64,000 bases of DNA from Octopus vulgaris. Taxonomy: Eukaryota. Position 1 is the stretch's first letter. Every line of letters starts with the position of its first letter. This document shows positions 41,061 to 54,688 of the stretch, one piece after another. The notes under the pieces are model-generated. The model did no database searches and was not told the origin of the DNA. It was given only the letters and a program-made list of their open reading frames with translations. A program made the position numbers and the translations under genes. The stretch spans positions 57,846,001-57,910,000 of the forward strand of contig OX597830.1 in NCBI GenBank assembly GCA_951406725.2, written 5' to 3'.

Positions 41061-41131
41061 GTGTTGTATATGTATGTGTGTGTGTGTAGGTGTATAAATG
41101 TGGGTTGGGTGTATATATGTGGGGGTGTATA

Positions 41132-41162
<31 letters not shown>

Positions 41163-42019
41163 ATATACACACACATATCTGGCATGTGTGTGTATGAAGG
41201 TATGTGTGTGCGCCTTAAAACTTCCTCCTCACATTCAGTGTTAATAAAAGCTGTCCTTTGCTATTTGGTGCAGCCACCAAACAACTTAACCCTCTCATGG
41301 AGCTGTAGTTAAAACTTCCACATGTCTGTAGCTCCATGGATGCAGCCACATGATCAACCTCCTGGAACTAGGAGTTCCAAAATATTACTCTGGATCTGAA
41401 TCACCTAAAGTTGTGCACCATTTTGGATTGATGATGCTTTTGAATATTCTATTCCAGTTGAATAAAATCATCATTTTGTGTTCTCCTTGCATATTGTTAA
41501 GAGTTGCATGGATTACGACAGTCTGAGATGGTTCTTATTTGGAGTTATTACCTTCTTAACAATGTTGCAGACTACATCCTGGTCATATATTCCAGTTTTG
41601 GCATGGTTTGTGAGGCTGGACTCATTTCCTAACGCAAACTGTTTTTTGTTGTTCTGAGAAGATTGGTGAGAAAAAAATTCTCTACTTTGTTCCTGCTTTT
41701 TCAAAACAATTTGATGGAGAGAGAAGTGGGGGTAGCAGAGGAGATAGGAATGGCTGAGAGACGATGATAGGTAGCTACATGTTGGTTGTTGGTAAAGTGG
41801 ATGAATAGAAAGATGACATGAGTGAGATGAAGGGGAAAGAGATAGGATAGAGACTAGAGGAAGGAAGAGAGAATAATAGGAATGAGTAATGGAGGGAGCA
41901 ATGTGTTTGTGTATGAGAGAGAGAGAGAGGTGATGGATAGCAAGAGAAAGAGTAGGACAGATATCAGTGCAGTGTAAAGGAGAGAGAGAGAGTAATGATT
42001 TAAATTTATGGCATTTTGT

Positions 42020-42400
42020 GAGCAGCTGTGTGGTAAGAAGCTTGTCTCAATCACATGGTTCCAGGTTCAGTCCCACTGCATGGCACCTTGGGCAAGTGTC
42101 TTCTACTGCAACCTCAGGCTGACCAAAGTCTTGTGAGTGGATATGGTAGACGGAAAGTGAAAAACCCCCATCACATATATACGTGTGTGTGTGTGTGTGT
42201 GTCTGTCTATCTGTGTTTGTCCCCCCCCCCATCACTTGACAACTGATGTTGGTGTGTTCACATCCCCATAACTTAGCAATTTGGCAAAAGAGACTGATAG
42301 GATAAGTACTAGGCTTACAAAGAATAAGTCCTGGGGTCAATTTAACAAATGCTCCAGCATGGCCGCAGTCAAATTAGTGAAACAAGTAAAAGAATAAAAA
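42020..42400 (+). mobile_element. SINE family C, uninterrupted copy (head, (TG)n, 3' module)
   Basis: Same head and 3' module as 29504-30350. Reverse copies near 11660-12010, 57990-58360 and 63325-63490. Confidence 0.82.
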
Positions 42401-44462
42401 AATAGGTTTAAAATCCGGCAACAGATTAAAGGAAACTGGAGTCGATCAGTTTTTGGCAGTTGGAGAAAGCCAGTCCTGAGACTTGATTCAGGTCCACTGA
42501 ATTCTACTTTAACAGCTGAATATTTGCTTAAAAAAAGGGATTCCAGATTAGCCTGCATGTAGCAGTCGGGTAGTACAAGGAAATATATTTGACTAGATTG
42601 CTAGTGTTTCACCTTTCATTCTTGTTGACAATAATTCTTGATTGGCCGAGGGAAATTTACTGAAGCCATCAGTATTAGAACCTTATAGTCTTTAGTTGAC
42701 TACTTTAGCTTACTCAATTCTTCATCATCATCATCATTGTCTAACGTCCTCTTTCCATGCTGGCATGGGTTGGATGGTTTGACTGAGGTCTGGAGAGCCA
42801 GAAGGCTGCAACAGGCTCCAATCCAATCTGGCAATGTTTCTACAGTTGGATGCCCTTCCTAATGTCAACTACTTAGTGTAATGGGTGCTTTTTATGTGCC
42901 ACCGGCACCAGGGCCAGTCAGGTGAGAACTTTTTCAATGTAGAGGAGTTCTGTGAATGGCTGAGTAACCTTTTGATGCAACGGGTGTACAAGCAGGTGTT
43001 AGGACGAGAATGTGTGTTGATTGGAGGTATAATTTTAATTATAGCACTGCTATTGTGATAACTGTGAGTGTCATCTTAATCACCATCATTTAACATTTTC
43101 CCATGCTGAGACAGACAGACAGACAGGCAAATTTCAAATTAAGCTTAAGAAAATGTGTTGGGACAAGTTAAATAAAATTCAAATAAGGATAAGATCTTTT
43201 TAAGTATATTTTTCTTGATAAATTATGGAACAAAAAAATAAAATGCCATTGTAGAAATTGATATATATTAATGATTAATGTCTTTGAAACAAGGCCATAG
43301 ATTTGTAGACAAATGGTTATTGTTGAACAACTTCCAGTAAAATACTGGTTTTTATCAACCATAGAGAACAAACGGTAAAAATATGTCACTAAATACCACA
43401 ATGTACTCCACCGTTTTTGCCTCTCCATCTTAATGATTTCTGCATTAATACAAGGCCAGAAACATTGGAGTTGGGGCTGGAGTCATTTAAATAGATATGC
43501 TTATATTCTTATGCATCTATTTTTGCTTTAATTATCATAAATTGAATAATACTTAGTGTGTAGTTACATCCCTGTACACTCTGAGTTGGAAATCCCACCA
43601 GAGTTGACTTTCAAGTCCTAGAAATATCCTGCTGTGGAATCAATGGACATGTCTTTCCAGTAACTCTGTGACCCTGTACTATTGTTGGAAATTATCATAA
43701 AATATGGATTCATAAGATGGATTATTTTCTCTTAGCTATTGTCTTTATGCTGCATTGTTATTGATCTATAATCAGAAAGCATAGCTTTGCCTAATATTTT
43801 ATGAAACTTAAGAAGACAAGTAGTGAGTTTAGTTTGGCTTAATTAGTGCAACACATGACATAAAAGTTGCAGTGAGGTTTTTTTTTCTTTTTTTCATTAA
43901 TTTATCAGATCCAAAGGTATTGATTGAAGTAGGTGAAAGCATAAAGACTACAAACTGCTTAAATGGCAAACTGGAATTAGTAGTTAAGAATGAAATGGCA
44001 TAATTTGTTGGTGCTGATGCTGGGAGGTTAAAGTTAGAGAGTTATTGGGTTTGAAGAATTTTAATTTCTGTTTGAAAATAAATGCTCCTATCTCAGCAAG
44101 ATAAGCTGTAATATGAAGTGTATCTGTGAGATATGTGATGTAGACCATTGGAAAATTTCAGTCTGTGAAATGTTAATTTTAAGAAAAGTTAGCTGCAAGC
44201 AATTTGAGAAAGGAATTGGGTTTGAAAAGCATCGGTTACTGTATATAGAGTTTCCAACTGTGTTCTTCTGGATAGATAATGTGTCTAGTTTGTATATATT
44301 GGACAAAGAATAAAGAGCTAAGTTGTTGGAGGGTGTATGCAATGATTAGGCCAGACCTGAAAGCAAACTCAAAGAAATGGTGAAACAGGATTGAGACACA
44401 TAGAAAGAATTGGTCTTCTAAATGTGTCGAACCTATGGCAACATAAGAAAACAGATGTTTAA

Positions 44463-44683
44463 CCCTTTCATTACTGTATTTCTGTTGAGATGCTCTGTGT
44501 TTCTTTCAATTATTTTAAATATAACAAAGAATTTAGTAAAATAACTTAGTTATCATTAAGCTAGTGTTAGGAACATAAATTGTGACTAAGGTTTGGTGGA
44601 GGATTTTAATTCAAAACTTATGAAAACAAGACATTTGTACTACAGAGCCAGAACCGGTTTCAGTCAGGTTGATAATGAAAGGG
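44463..44683 (+). mobile_element. piggyBac-like MITE, fourth copy
   Basis: TTAA flanks, TIR ccctttcatta / taatgaaaggg. Confidence 0.87.
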
Positions 44684-45179
44684 TTAAATGATGTTTTTTA
44701 AGAAACATTTTATTTTCTTTCATTTACAATATTTTAAAGTGATTGTTTGTTTAAACATTCGGTTTTTGAGAATTTAAAATAAAATTCTGTTGTACTTCTG
44801 AGTATTCTCTTTTCAAAAAATTTATACATTTTTTTACAAGGAAAGATGATACACTTTCATAATATTCTTTATTTTAAGCATTAAAATACAAGCAGAAATT
44901 ATAATGGTTCAAGAAAATATGGTTTCCGAAAATACATTTTATTTTCATTCTTTTCTTTCATTTTTTTAAAAGGAAAAATACTATTTAATGTTCTATAATA
45001 TTCTATATTTAAACCTCAATCACTGGATATTGCAAATAAGGAAATAGGTTCCCAAAATAAATTTGAATTTCAGTAACCTTTGTAAATATTTTGAAATAAT
45101 TATGCAATCTTTTTAAATAGATTTTATATATATATTTACTCTATTGATAATGTATTGTCATTTCAGTTATTACACACAC

Positions 45180-47150
45180 ACAGTGAAGCTTATTAATAAT
45201 CTTCACACTCTGATCTTACACTTTTCTTTTTCTTGATGACTGAGAAAGTCGATTGCTTACCTTGGATGTATCCATACATGAACTCATAAAGGCATGTATA
45301 CATGTCTTGGAGCATTTTAAAGAATCACTGATCAATTGGAAACATTGAAACATGTCAGTTATTCCTGTTTACATCTTCATCATGAGCCTCTCCTCAGCTC
45401 TCTTCTGATCATTCAGTTCTATATTCAAAAGATGAGGAATTATGTACATTATTTACCTTTGACGGATATTTGTCCTCATCTTTTGGTTAAGAGCTGGGGT
45501 TACTAACCCCAAGATTTGATTCCAGTTAGTGACCTGAATAATAATAATAATAATAATAATATTGAAAAATATCTTAGGAATGAGAACCCAGGTCTGAAAT
45601 TTCCCCAAGACACCTGTTGAAGGCTGGAGGGTAAATCAGGCGAAACGTTAACAACAAACAAGATGAGGACAAATATCCATCAAATGTAAATAATGCAAAT
45701 AATCTTCTGATCATTGTTTTTCTCTTATGTCATCCAAGACTTGTTTTGTTGTGGAAAACCTGTATGAAAGGGTTTTATGATGTATCTGCATGAACTGGGA
45801 GCCTGGTTTCTGACATTTTTCTCTCAATTGGTGCACCATCACCTCCAGATTATGTAGCAGAAAGGAGACCTCATTGATAAAAACACAGAAATTGTGTTCA
45901 GGCTTTATACAAATTATTTAAAAATTAATGCTTCTTTCCAACATTTGGCAGCAATTCCCAGTCAAACTTATTGAATGGGGGCAAAGCATGAAATACATTC
46001 TATGAACTCAGATTGTTAATTTGTGCTGGTCTGCCAGCACATTTGTGCCATTTATATTACAGGTATTCTCATAATTTTGATTGCAGCAGTCTTTTATATT
46101 AATGAAATTATCAAGGTAAATTCCCTAACTTACTCGATGACTTTCCATATCCCCAAACTTCTCAAACCTTTTAAACAGTCCAGATGGTAAAAACAGCATA
46201 GAACCAAAGTTGGTTGGTTCACACGAGGCAATATATGCATTAGAATCCGAGGAAACAGAATAATACTTTGTTCTCTCACTTCACAGATAATGTGTTGTAG
46301 TATGCTGGATTTAATCAGATTAATAAATTCTTATGTTGTTTTGGATACGATTTCTATCAACTAGATTTGATTTCATGAGTGTTTATATATTCTGTCAGAA
46401 AAGAATTGGTGTTGACCAAAGAGCATTCTTCAATAATTCCTATTATGAGCAGATCCACCATCATAAAACAAACAAACCTTTAAAAAACAATTTTACAATT
46501 TCAATTATTCCCTCTACAAGTGTGTGCCAATATTTTTGCTTTTGTGCATAAACCGTGAGAATAGCATTTATCTATGTGAAGTGATGTTGACCACACAGAT
46601 TCCTTGCATTTTTCTTGTCATTAAACTTTTTCCAGTAAGCTATGAATAACCTCAGGTCATAACAATATCATATGGAAAACAAAATAGGTTTTGTTTATTT
46701 TCTGAATTACTAATTTCTTGCAAGTTGCTTGTTTGTAGAGTTATGAACATGTGTGAAAAAAAAAAAAATGTTTTAAGTGCCTTCAGTTCTTTTTATTATC
46801 AAATGGTTGAAAAGAAGCCACTGTTAGCATATTGCTTCTTACGGTTCTCCATTGGATTCACAAATACCAATATCACAAGAGCACTTGTTCTTTTCACTTA
46901 CTGTATCACATTCAATAAATGAATGGCTGCTGGCTGTTGCTGGGTGCTTTCTGCCACATTAGCACTGGTTGTTTCCATGATTTCCAGCTTCCACCATCAT
47001 CATCATCTTCTTCACGAGTGGCATAATATTCTGTTAATTTACATGATTCCAATCTCTATAGCTGGTCTCTTCTTTTCTTCATTCACTTTGCATTTTGCGT
47101 TTTCAAAAGAGTAAGGATGTTCAATAGCTCCAGCTCTATTGCTCATTGCT
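45180..47150 (-). pseudogene. Highly decayed hAT (Tip100/ZMYM1-like) transposase
   Basis: Minus-strand remnants across frameshifts: KYWHTLVEGIIEIVK, FINLIKSSILQHIICEVRE then YYSVSSDS, IKDCCNQNYENTCNING (cf. DCRGQSYDNASNMSG), ISCFA (cf. PCxAHSLNL) and KMSETR (cf. LSxTRW). Confidence 0.72.
45414..45702 (+). mobile_element. tRNA-headed, hammerhead-bearing element, copy 1 (ribozyme core mutated)
   Basis: 13-bp TSD tcttctgatcatt (45401-45413 / 45703-45715), inverted copy of its own 3' end on the left, homologous to 54689-54965. Confidence 0.8.
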
Positions 47151-49602
47151 AACTGTAATGGAGAAAAAATATTTCATTGAAATAAGTATTTGAAACCAAA
47201 TAGTTTATGTAAATAAACAATGGTAGTACAGAGACAAACCAAAGCTGCATATGACAAAGGCAGCAATTACAAAATGAGAAATGCCATATTTAAAAACATG
47301 GCAGGAAGTGGGGAGTCTTTGATATGTGTTCAAGTAAAATAAGGCTTAAGTTTATTAATTGCACAGCTGGTCTCTGTGTCCAGTTAAGTCTTGGTTTAGC
47401 ATGAAAATTGATGCACGTTTTAAAGAACACAATGTACTAATTAAAATTTTTTTATTGAGATCTTTATTCAATATTTGCTCTTCCCAGTTTTATTATAGTT
47501 GTATTTAATTTACATTTTCTACAATATCTCTAAGTCAAGTCAATTTTTGTGTATCAGTATTGTGTGTATCTTCAAGTTTACAAGGCTATCAACATCAAAA
47601 ACCAATCTGTATACTTTCTTATTAGACATCAGACATCCTATGCAAGAGTTTATAAATAGGTAAACTTGACCTTGAAGAATCTAAGCATTCAAACACAGCG
47701 TTCAGAAAGAGCTACATGACTCTTTGTTCCGAACATTAAACTTAATAATCCATCAACTCACAAAACAGGATATAATATATTTTGTTAATGAATCATTGCA
47801 AATGACAGTCTTTAAGCAGACTTAATCTAGAATGAAATTAACTTGACGAGCAAACATTCCTGTTTAATTTTCTGTTTTCATTATATTGCTGTTAAGTGTC
47901 AGGCAACATTTCCCCAAAATAAATGGTTCTGCTTTTCTACAATGTTCCTTTGTTCAGTGACTTTCTTGAATATTTTTTCTTTGCAATAAACCAAATGAAA
48001 TTTAGTGACATTGGACTTTGTTTTTCAGCAGTCAAGCCAGTGTAAGACCCATGTTTTAGCTGTTACGGTTTATTGGTTAATTGAAACAAAATTTGATGTT
48101 GTCTTATGGTTCATGTAATTTCTCACCGTTTCTTCTATTATACTCCGATAACCTTGTTACTGCTAATTACACATACTTCTATGTAAACGATACCATGCTT
48201 CACTCATTAACATTCCACAGACAGGCCCCACCAATATACATTGTAGAGGCATTCCACAAGACTAGCACTGCTTCCATGAAAGAGACTTTGAAAATATTAA
48301 CAATCTGCAACAGCATCCTTGTTACACATTGAGGAAAGAATCTTGTCTGCCGTTTTTCCTTTGCATAAATTCTGACCCTCGCCAACTTGTTACAGATGCT
48401 CTGTAAACAATCTGTTACATGTCAAATGTTTTCAACCATTGCACTATACGTGTGCTATTTAAAATTTTTTGGGGGACCAAGTCCTAAAATGCCAGTGTTC
48501 TAAAGGTACTGCATTGGTGCATGTGTATCCCTTTGAGTAAAGGGCACTGTGTCTGTCAATTTTAGTTATTAAACAATTTTAATGCTCAGTTTTTATATAA
48601 TAAAACATTTAAAAAGCTGATGGTCTAACTTGACACTTTATTCATTGTGCCATGATATTACCATTCTATGCTAACTTTACATAGGTAATGCTGTCAAAGC
48701 TGTATTCCAAAGACTAGGCCTTTGCTTATGGAAATACTGAAGTCGTGGTTGGATATTTCCTGAAGGTTCAAGTGTTAATCACATAATGAGCAATGTTCTT
48801 AATATTCTTTCTATGTAGGCAGAAGGCCTGAAATTTTGGGGGTCTGTGGCAGGTCGATTACATTGACCCCAATGCTCAACTGCTACATATTTCATTGACC
48901 CTGAAAAGATGAAAGGCAAAAGTCAACCTCAGCAGAATTTGAACTCAGAACATGAAAATGAAACGCCACTAAGCTTTTTGTCTGGCGTCCTACCAATTCT
49001 GCCAGCTTTCCACTGAAAATCACTCTAGACTGACTTTCCTTCATTATTACAACCACTCACTTGAATAAACAGCAACAATACTTTCTACTTTAGGCACAAA
49101 GCTTGAAATTTCAGGGGCAGGGACTAGTTGATTACATCACTGGCATTTAATTTATTGACCCCAAAAGAATGAAAGGCAAAGTCTACCTTGGCAGAATTTG
49201 AACTCAGAATGTAAAGACGGGTGAAATGCCACTAAGCATTTCACCTTGCTTGCTAACAATTCTGCCAGCTCATCGCCTTAATAATAATAATAATAATAAT
49301 AATAATTAATAATAAAGTGCATGAAAGGTAAATTATAGTTGATACGTGTCTTGTGTATTGTTACTGATATTGTAATGGATAAACTGTACTAATGTGTAAT
49401 TTAGTTTATTGCTAGTAAAGCTGTTTGTTTCACATAATTGTACTCATCATCATCATTTAACGTCCGCCTTAACTAATTATATTGTAGTTGACTAATGTAG
49501 TAACGCTTTCATGTCTTTCACTCCAAAGCACTAGTAGGTACTTCTGTGTACTAATATAAAAGATCTGCTGTAACACTAAAGACTGGTTACTTTTCCTTTC
49601 AG

Positions 49603-49720
49603 ATGAAAGATCGTGTTGTAAACAAGTTACCCCCACGATCACCGGACCCTCATGAAAAGCTTCTCATCGAAATCAGATCTCAACCAAAACTTCGCCCAAT
49701 CAAAGAAGGAAAAGTCTTGG
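49603..49720 (+). CDS. spir: Spire exon, linker 3 and WH2-D (MKDRVVNKLPPRSPDPHEKLLIEIRSQPKLRPIKEGKVL)
   Basis: ttttcctttcag acceptor, G/GTAATT donor, 118 nt, phase 0-1. HExLLxEIRxxxKLRP matches Spire HERILEEIKAERKLRPV. Confidence 0.92.
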
Positions 49721-52700
49721 GTAATTATTGAGGTTTATCATATTTCTGATTTCCAGGCACGTTTTGGAAAGACTCTATTAAGTATCTTTAATTTCAGGTT
49801 CCATATGTGTCTTTTATCCAGTCACTGGACTGTAGCCATGCTGGAGCACTTCCTCAAAGGGTTTGGTTGAACAAATTAATCCCAGGACTTTTTTCAAGAA
49901 TAAGTCTGGTACTTATTTCTATGAGACTCTAAAAGGATGTAAACAAGCCAACACCAGTTGTTGAGCAGTAGATTGGAGACGAAACCAGACACAGACATGT
50001 GAACACTTGTTTATATCATCATCATCATCATCATTTAACATCCATTTTCCATGCTGGTATGGGTTAGAAGGCTTGACAAGAGCTGGCAAGGTCAGAAGAC
50101 TGCACCAAGCTTTATTGTCTGTTTTGGCCTGGTTTCTACAGGTGGATGCCCTCCCTAGTGCCAACTACTTGATGGAGTTGGTTGCTTTTTATGTGGCACC
50201 AGCATCAGTGAGGTCACCAACTAACTTAAGACTCCTCAACTGAGTTGGGGGAATAGAATTGAGGGGCGGGTGTATGGCTTTGTGTCAGGTAAGAGGCTAC
50301 AGTATGAATAAAGGGACAAATAGGGGTCTTACAGAAGAAGCAATACATGTCTACCTCAGCAGGAGAGAGAGAGAGATGGTGAAGATGTAATAGGGGAGGG
50401 GGGAAGTGGTGTAAGGATTTTTGATAGGGTGAAGGGGCAGGTAAATTCACAAGATTGCAAAAAGAGAATGGGAAGTTGAGGGGAGGACATGCTGTAAGGA
50501 AGAGATTCAACAGGGAAGCTGAAGGGAAGATGGGATGTAGGGGCAGGGGATTTGTCAGGGATGGATTGTAGGTGAGGTGGGGTGGGGACACGACCATAAA
50601 GGACATGTCTTTATGGCCTCAATTTTACTTAAGTGGACAGGTCTTTTCAAGTACACACACACACTCGATGGGTTTCTGTCTCCTAAAGTTACAAGGCATT
50701 GGCTAAGCTGGGGCTATTATAGAAGACACTTACCTAAGGTGCCATGCAGTGGGACTGAACCTGGAAATCTGTGATTGTGAAGTGAAATTCTTAACTATGT
50801 AGCCATAAGTTTTCCATTTCAAAATTTATTTCTTGAAGATAATGGAGCAGTGCTCCTGGCCACCTGTTAAATGAGATGAGATGAGTCTAATCTATTTATT
50901 TCATTTCGTTAATGGTTGATAAGAGGATTGTACAAATTTCTGAATGTGGAGTCTAAGAAGTTGGTAAGAGGAGAGGCAGATGTATTGAATGGTTTTAGTT
51001 GAGTGAGAGCAATAAAGCTTATTGAATTGAAAGGAGCCAAGGCCATTGTAGTAGCCATGGTAGCAGATGAAACAGCAACTCAGATGATTTATTGATGAGT
51101 AGAATGGATTATTTATTGTTTAACAATTTGGAAACCTGTTCCATTAAGAAAAACATACATTAAACAGGTGAATTTCCCATGAAAATTTAACGAAGTTTCC
51201 AGCATGTAAACTACCTGATTTAATCATTTAGATTATAGTGTTCTCATTGAGAATTTTGCTATGATAAATTTAGATGCAGAGGCAGGGCTCTTTCTGGTAT
51301 TTACTAAATATATCTGTGTCCTTTCAGTCTGTTGTCTGCTATATTTGTTTTCAGGTGATATTTGCTTCCAATTCAATTTTCCCAAGTATTTGGACCCTGC
51401 TTCTATTAATAAGACCTTGTTAATATTCCAACAACCAGATTTGTTCAAAGCCTCCCTGGACCTCAAGTGGCCTGAACTCTTTACATGAACACCACCCTGT
51501 ACTTAACTCCATGTCCCCCTACATGGCCTTGCTATTTGCTTTTGAGCCAAATTAACTAACTAACTACATTTGTCATTAGAATGTGAAGGATTTATTCATC
51601 CCCAAATAAACAGGTTTATTCTATAAACGGTCCCTATATTTTAGGGCATGCTTTGCTGATCTTCTCTGAAAAACATTCTAACATTGTCATTGTTTGATTT
51701 CCACTTTCCGTGCTAGCATGGGTTGGAAGGTTTGACTGAGGGCTGGCAAGCCAGGAGGCTGCACCAGGCTCCAATCTGATCTGGCAAGGTTTCTACACCT
51801 GGATACCCTTCTTAATGCCAACCACTCCGAGAGTGTAGTGGGTGCTTTTTACGTGCCACTAGCATGAGGGCCAGTCAGATAGTACTGGCAACAGCCACAC
51901 TTGAATGCTGCTTTTTATGTGCCACTGGCATGGGAGCCAGTCAGGCAGCACTGAGTTTAAAATAATTTTATCTTTCAAAGGCCTTTTCTTTTTTAATATT
52001 CAGATGAGTTCCAGTAAGGGCCAATATTTAATTGAAAGGTTTCATTTGCTCTTTAAAACTGTAATACTGATGATCTAGTAAGGGAGCCTTTTGTTCTGTT
52101 TACTCAACCTGCTAGAAATTGATAAATAACCCTCAAATTACATGTTATCATGAAGTAGGACACACATTGCATGATGTAGTCCTACCTACACTACACTTTA
52201 AAGATAAGAATAGTCGTCATCATCATTTAACGTCTGTTGTCCATGGGTTGGACGGTTTGACCAGGGTTGGTAAGCTGGAAGGCTGCACCAGGTTCCAGTC
52301 TGATTTGGCCTGGTTTCTACGGCTGGATGCCCTTCCTAATGCCAACATCTCCAAGAGTGTAATGGATGCTTTTATGTGCCACCTGTATGGGTGTTATTTG
52401 TGCAACATGAATATCTGCTATGACTGGGATCTTGCTTGGCTTGACCGGTCTTCTTCTCAAGCACAGCATAATGCCAAACCTGATGCTGAATAATAACCAT
52501 TTTGGTTAATACTGCTTCTTGTCCTCATATTTTCCCTATAACACCTGTAATAAGGCATTTTCAGATCTTCAAAGTGTGTACTTTCTCACCTTGTTAAATT
52601 ACTTTTTTTGCATCCTTGATTCCCATTTAACCCACTTGAGGGTGTAGCCACATTGAAACTACTTCAGGTGCAGGGATAAAAAAGAAAATTCCACCTCTTT

Positions 52701-54389
52701 GTCCAGTTTCATCTGGAATCTTCTTGACCATCAAAATGATTTCCCCAACATTGGATGCAGTATTCTTGACAGAATCCCATTTTACTTGGAACTTACCATT
52801 GCAAACTTTGTCTCTGTGAAATTACACATACTCTACCAAGTTTCACTATCCATTAATGGGGAGAATAAACTTACTATATCTAATTAAGCATAACTTATTT
52901 ACAACAAAATTATTTTTATATTAAATGATTACACAATTGGTGAATAAGAAAATCAGAAGTAAAGGGAGACAATTGAAAGTAAAAATAGTGACTTCCCTTG
53001 CAGCTTTGATTTCCTTTGTGCAGTTTTAGTGAATGGAAAATCAAGTTTTTGAAAATGAATTCAATATTCATTTGTTATATTCTATATTTGTTTGAGTCAT
53101 TAATTTGGTTGTGAATGTGTTTATTTAAATTTCATTGGATCAAATACATTGTATATTATTTTGTCTTTTGGTGGAAGGCAATATTTCAACTGATGCAGTT
53201 CTTTAAAGACGTGTATTTTTACGTTCTCTGTAAGCTTCTTCTGTTATAAGTTCAGTATTTTACCATAGTATTTTGTATGATATTGTAATATTTTTATTAT
53301 TTAAACCTTCTAAAGACAAAACTTACAAAAGCTAGAGTGAAGAAGCTAATTTTTAAGAAATACAAAAATAAGGATGTTGAAAAGAGATTCATAATACAGT
53401 TGTAAAAAAAAAATATTTCCACAAACAAAATTTTATTCTAGAAGAGATTGACCTTCCCCACTTTCAAGTACAAACATGGTCAACTTGTATAATATGGATG
53501 TGAGTGACAGCGTTTAGAGTGGTATTCTAATTCAGTGAAGATAAACAATGTGTGTGTGTACTTACACTTGAAAATGTTCATTATGTACAGGTTTGGATAT
53601 GACATTCAGACGGAAGAGTTTAATTTACAACATTCATAAAACAAGATTCGAATGAAAGTTTGTTGTGGAAGTGGTGCTGTTCACAGGAATGTGTTAGAAA
53701 AGTCAGCTTGCCAGTTTATTTCATGTGTTCCAGAAAGCCAAGTTCTATGTAATGTGAACAACTAATGTTGTTGAGAATCTGGTAGAAGAGAGATACAGCA
53801 ATTAAGATCTTGTTTCAATTGATATGAGTCTTGCATTCAAACTAACTAAAACAAGAGAAGGAAATGACCAGTTTTGTGGATTCTTTGCTTTGGCTGAGTT
53901 TTGTGGGAGAAAGAAATAGGATGTTTGAATCTCATGTGTAAAACCAATGCATGGTGTAGAGGTATGACTGGCCTCTCTGCCAATTCCTTATTCTGGCTGA
54001 GATCTGCCAGAGAGAGACAGAGAGAGAGTACAGCTTTGACTTGTATTTATCCACCCAGTGCATGACTGAATGGTATTGGTCCCAATTAGTGAAAAATACT
54101 GAACAACTAAACCAGTTGCTAAAGGCTGGTAGCTTAGACCAATAATTGTATAAAAGTTAAAACTAGTCTATATATTTCATACATGGGCTATTTGAAAGTT
54201 AAAAGAAAATATTAATGAAATAAGGTCATCAGTTTGGAGGACAGGTGTCATTGATTGAATCAACCATAGAAGAAAACTGTATAGTTATTAAATTATAAAA
54301 GGGATATCCTTTCTCCTCCTGTGCAAATTTTATTTGAGGATGTTTGTTGCTAGATAAACAAGATATGAGAAATATGTTTCTATTCCCAG

Positions 54390-54499
54390 TTGAAACATCT
54401 CGTACTAAACTGAATATCGATGATGAGGAAGAGAGTCCTTTACCTGTACGCAAAGTTATAAAACCAGATTTCAACCTGATTCTTGACAACAGTTTTGAG
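54390..54499 (+). CDS. spir: Spire exon, central region (VETSRTKLNIDDEEESPLPVRKVIKPDFNLILDNSFE)
   Basis: ttcccag acceptor, GAG/GTAAGT donor, 110 nt, phase 1-0. Open and compatible with both neighbouring exons. Confidence 0.85.
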
Positions 54500-54688
54500 G
54501 TAAGTGATGTCTAAATTGTACTGGTTTGTATCTTTTTCATTACAATTTCCATATTTTTTTTTTTTAACTATGTGATACTCAGGTAAGGTAAGGTAATATA
54601 GCTATAATTATAATCCCCCATGTATCAAGTATTTTAACTAGAAATAAATATGAAGTAAAGAAGAGTAAAACAATATTAATCAATAATA

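Larger units (their letters stand above)
17873..49602 (+). other. Giant Spire intron (31,730 nt) between the WH2-C and WH2-D exons
   Basis: GT at 17873 and AG at 49601-49602, phase 0 on both sides. No other Spire-like exon recognised in between. Confidence 0.8.

Noticed and set aside
48200-48385. ORF ending ACLWNVNE, reminiscent of a MADF/Harbinger fragment
   Set aside because: Only a 5-residue resemblance, with no further motifs or termini recognised.
17873-49602. Nested protein-coding host gene in the giant intron
   Set aside because: All coding-like segments I recognised are transposon remnants. A gene made of small exons cannot be excluded by eye.
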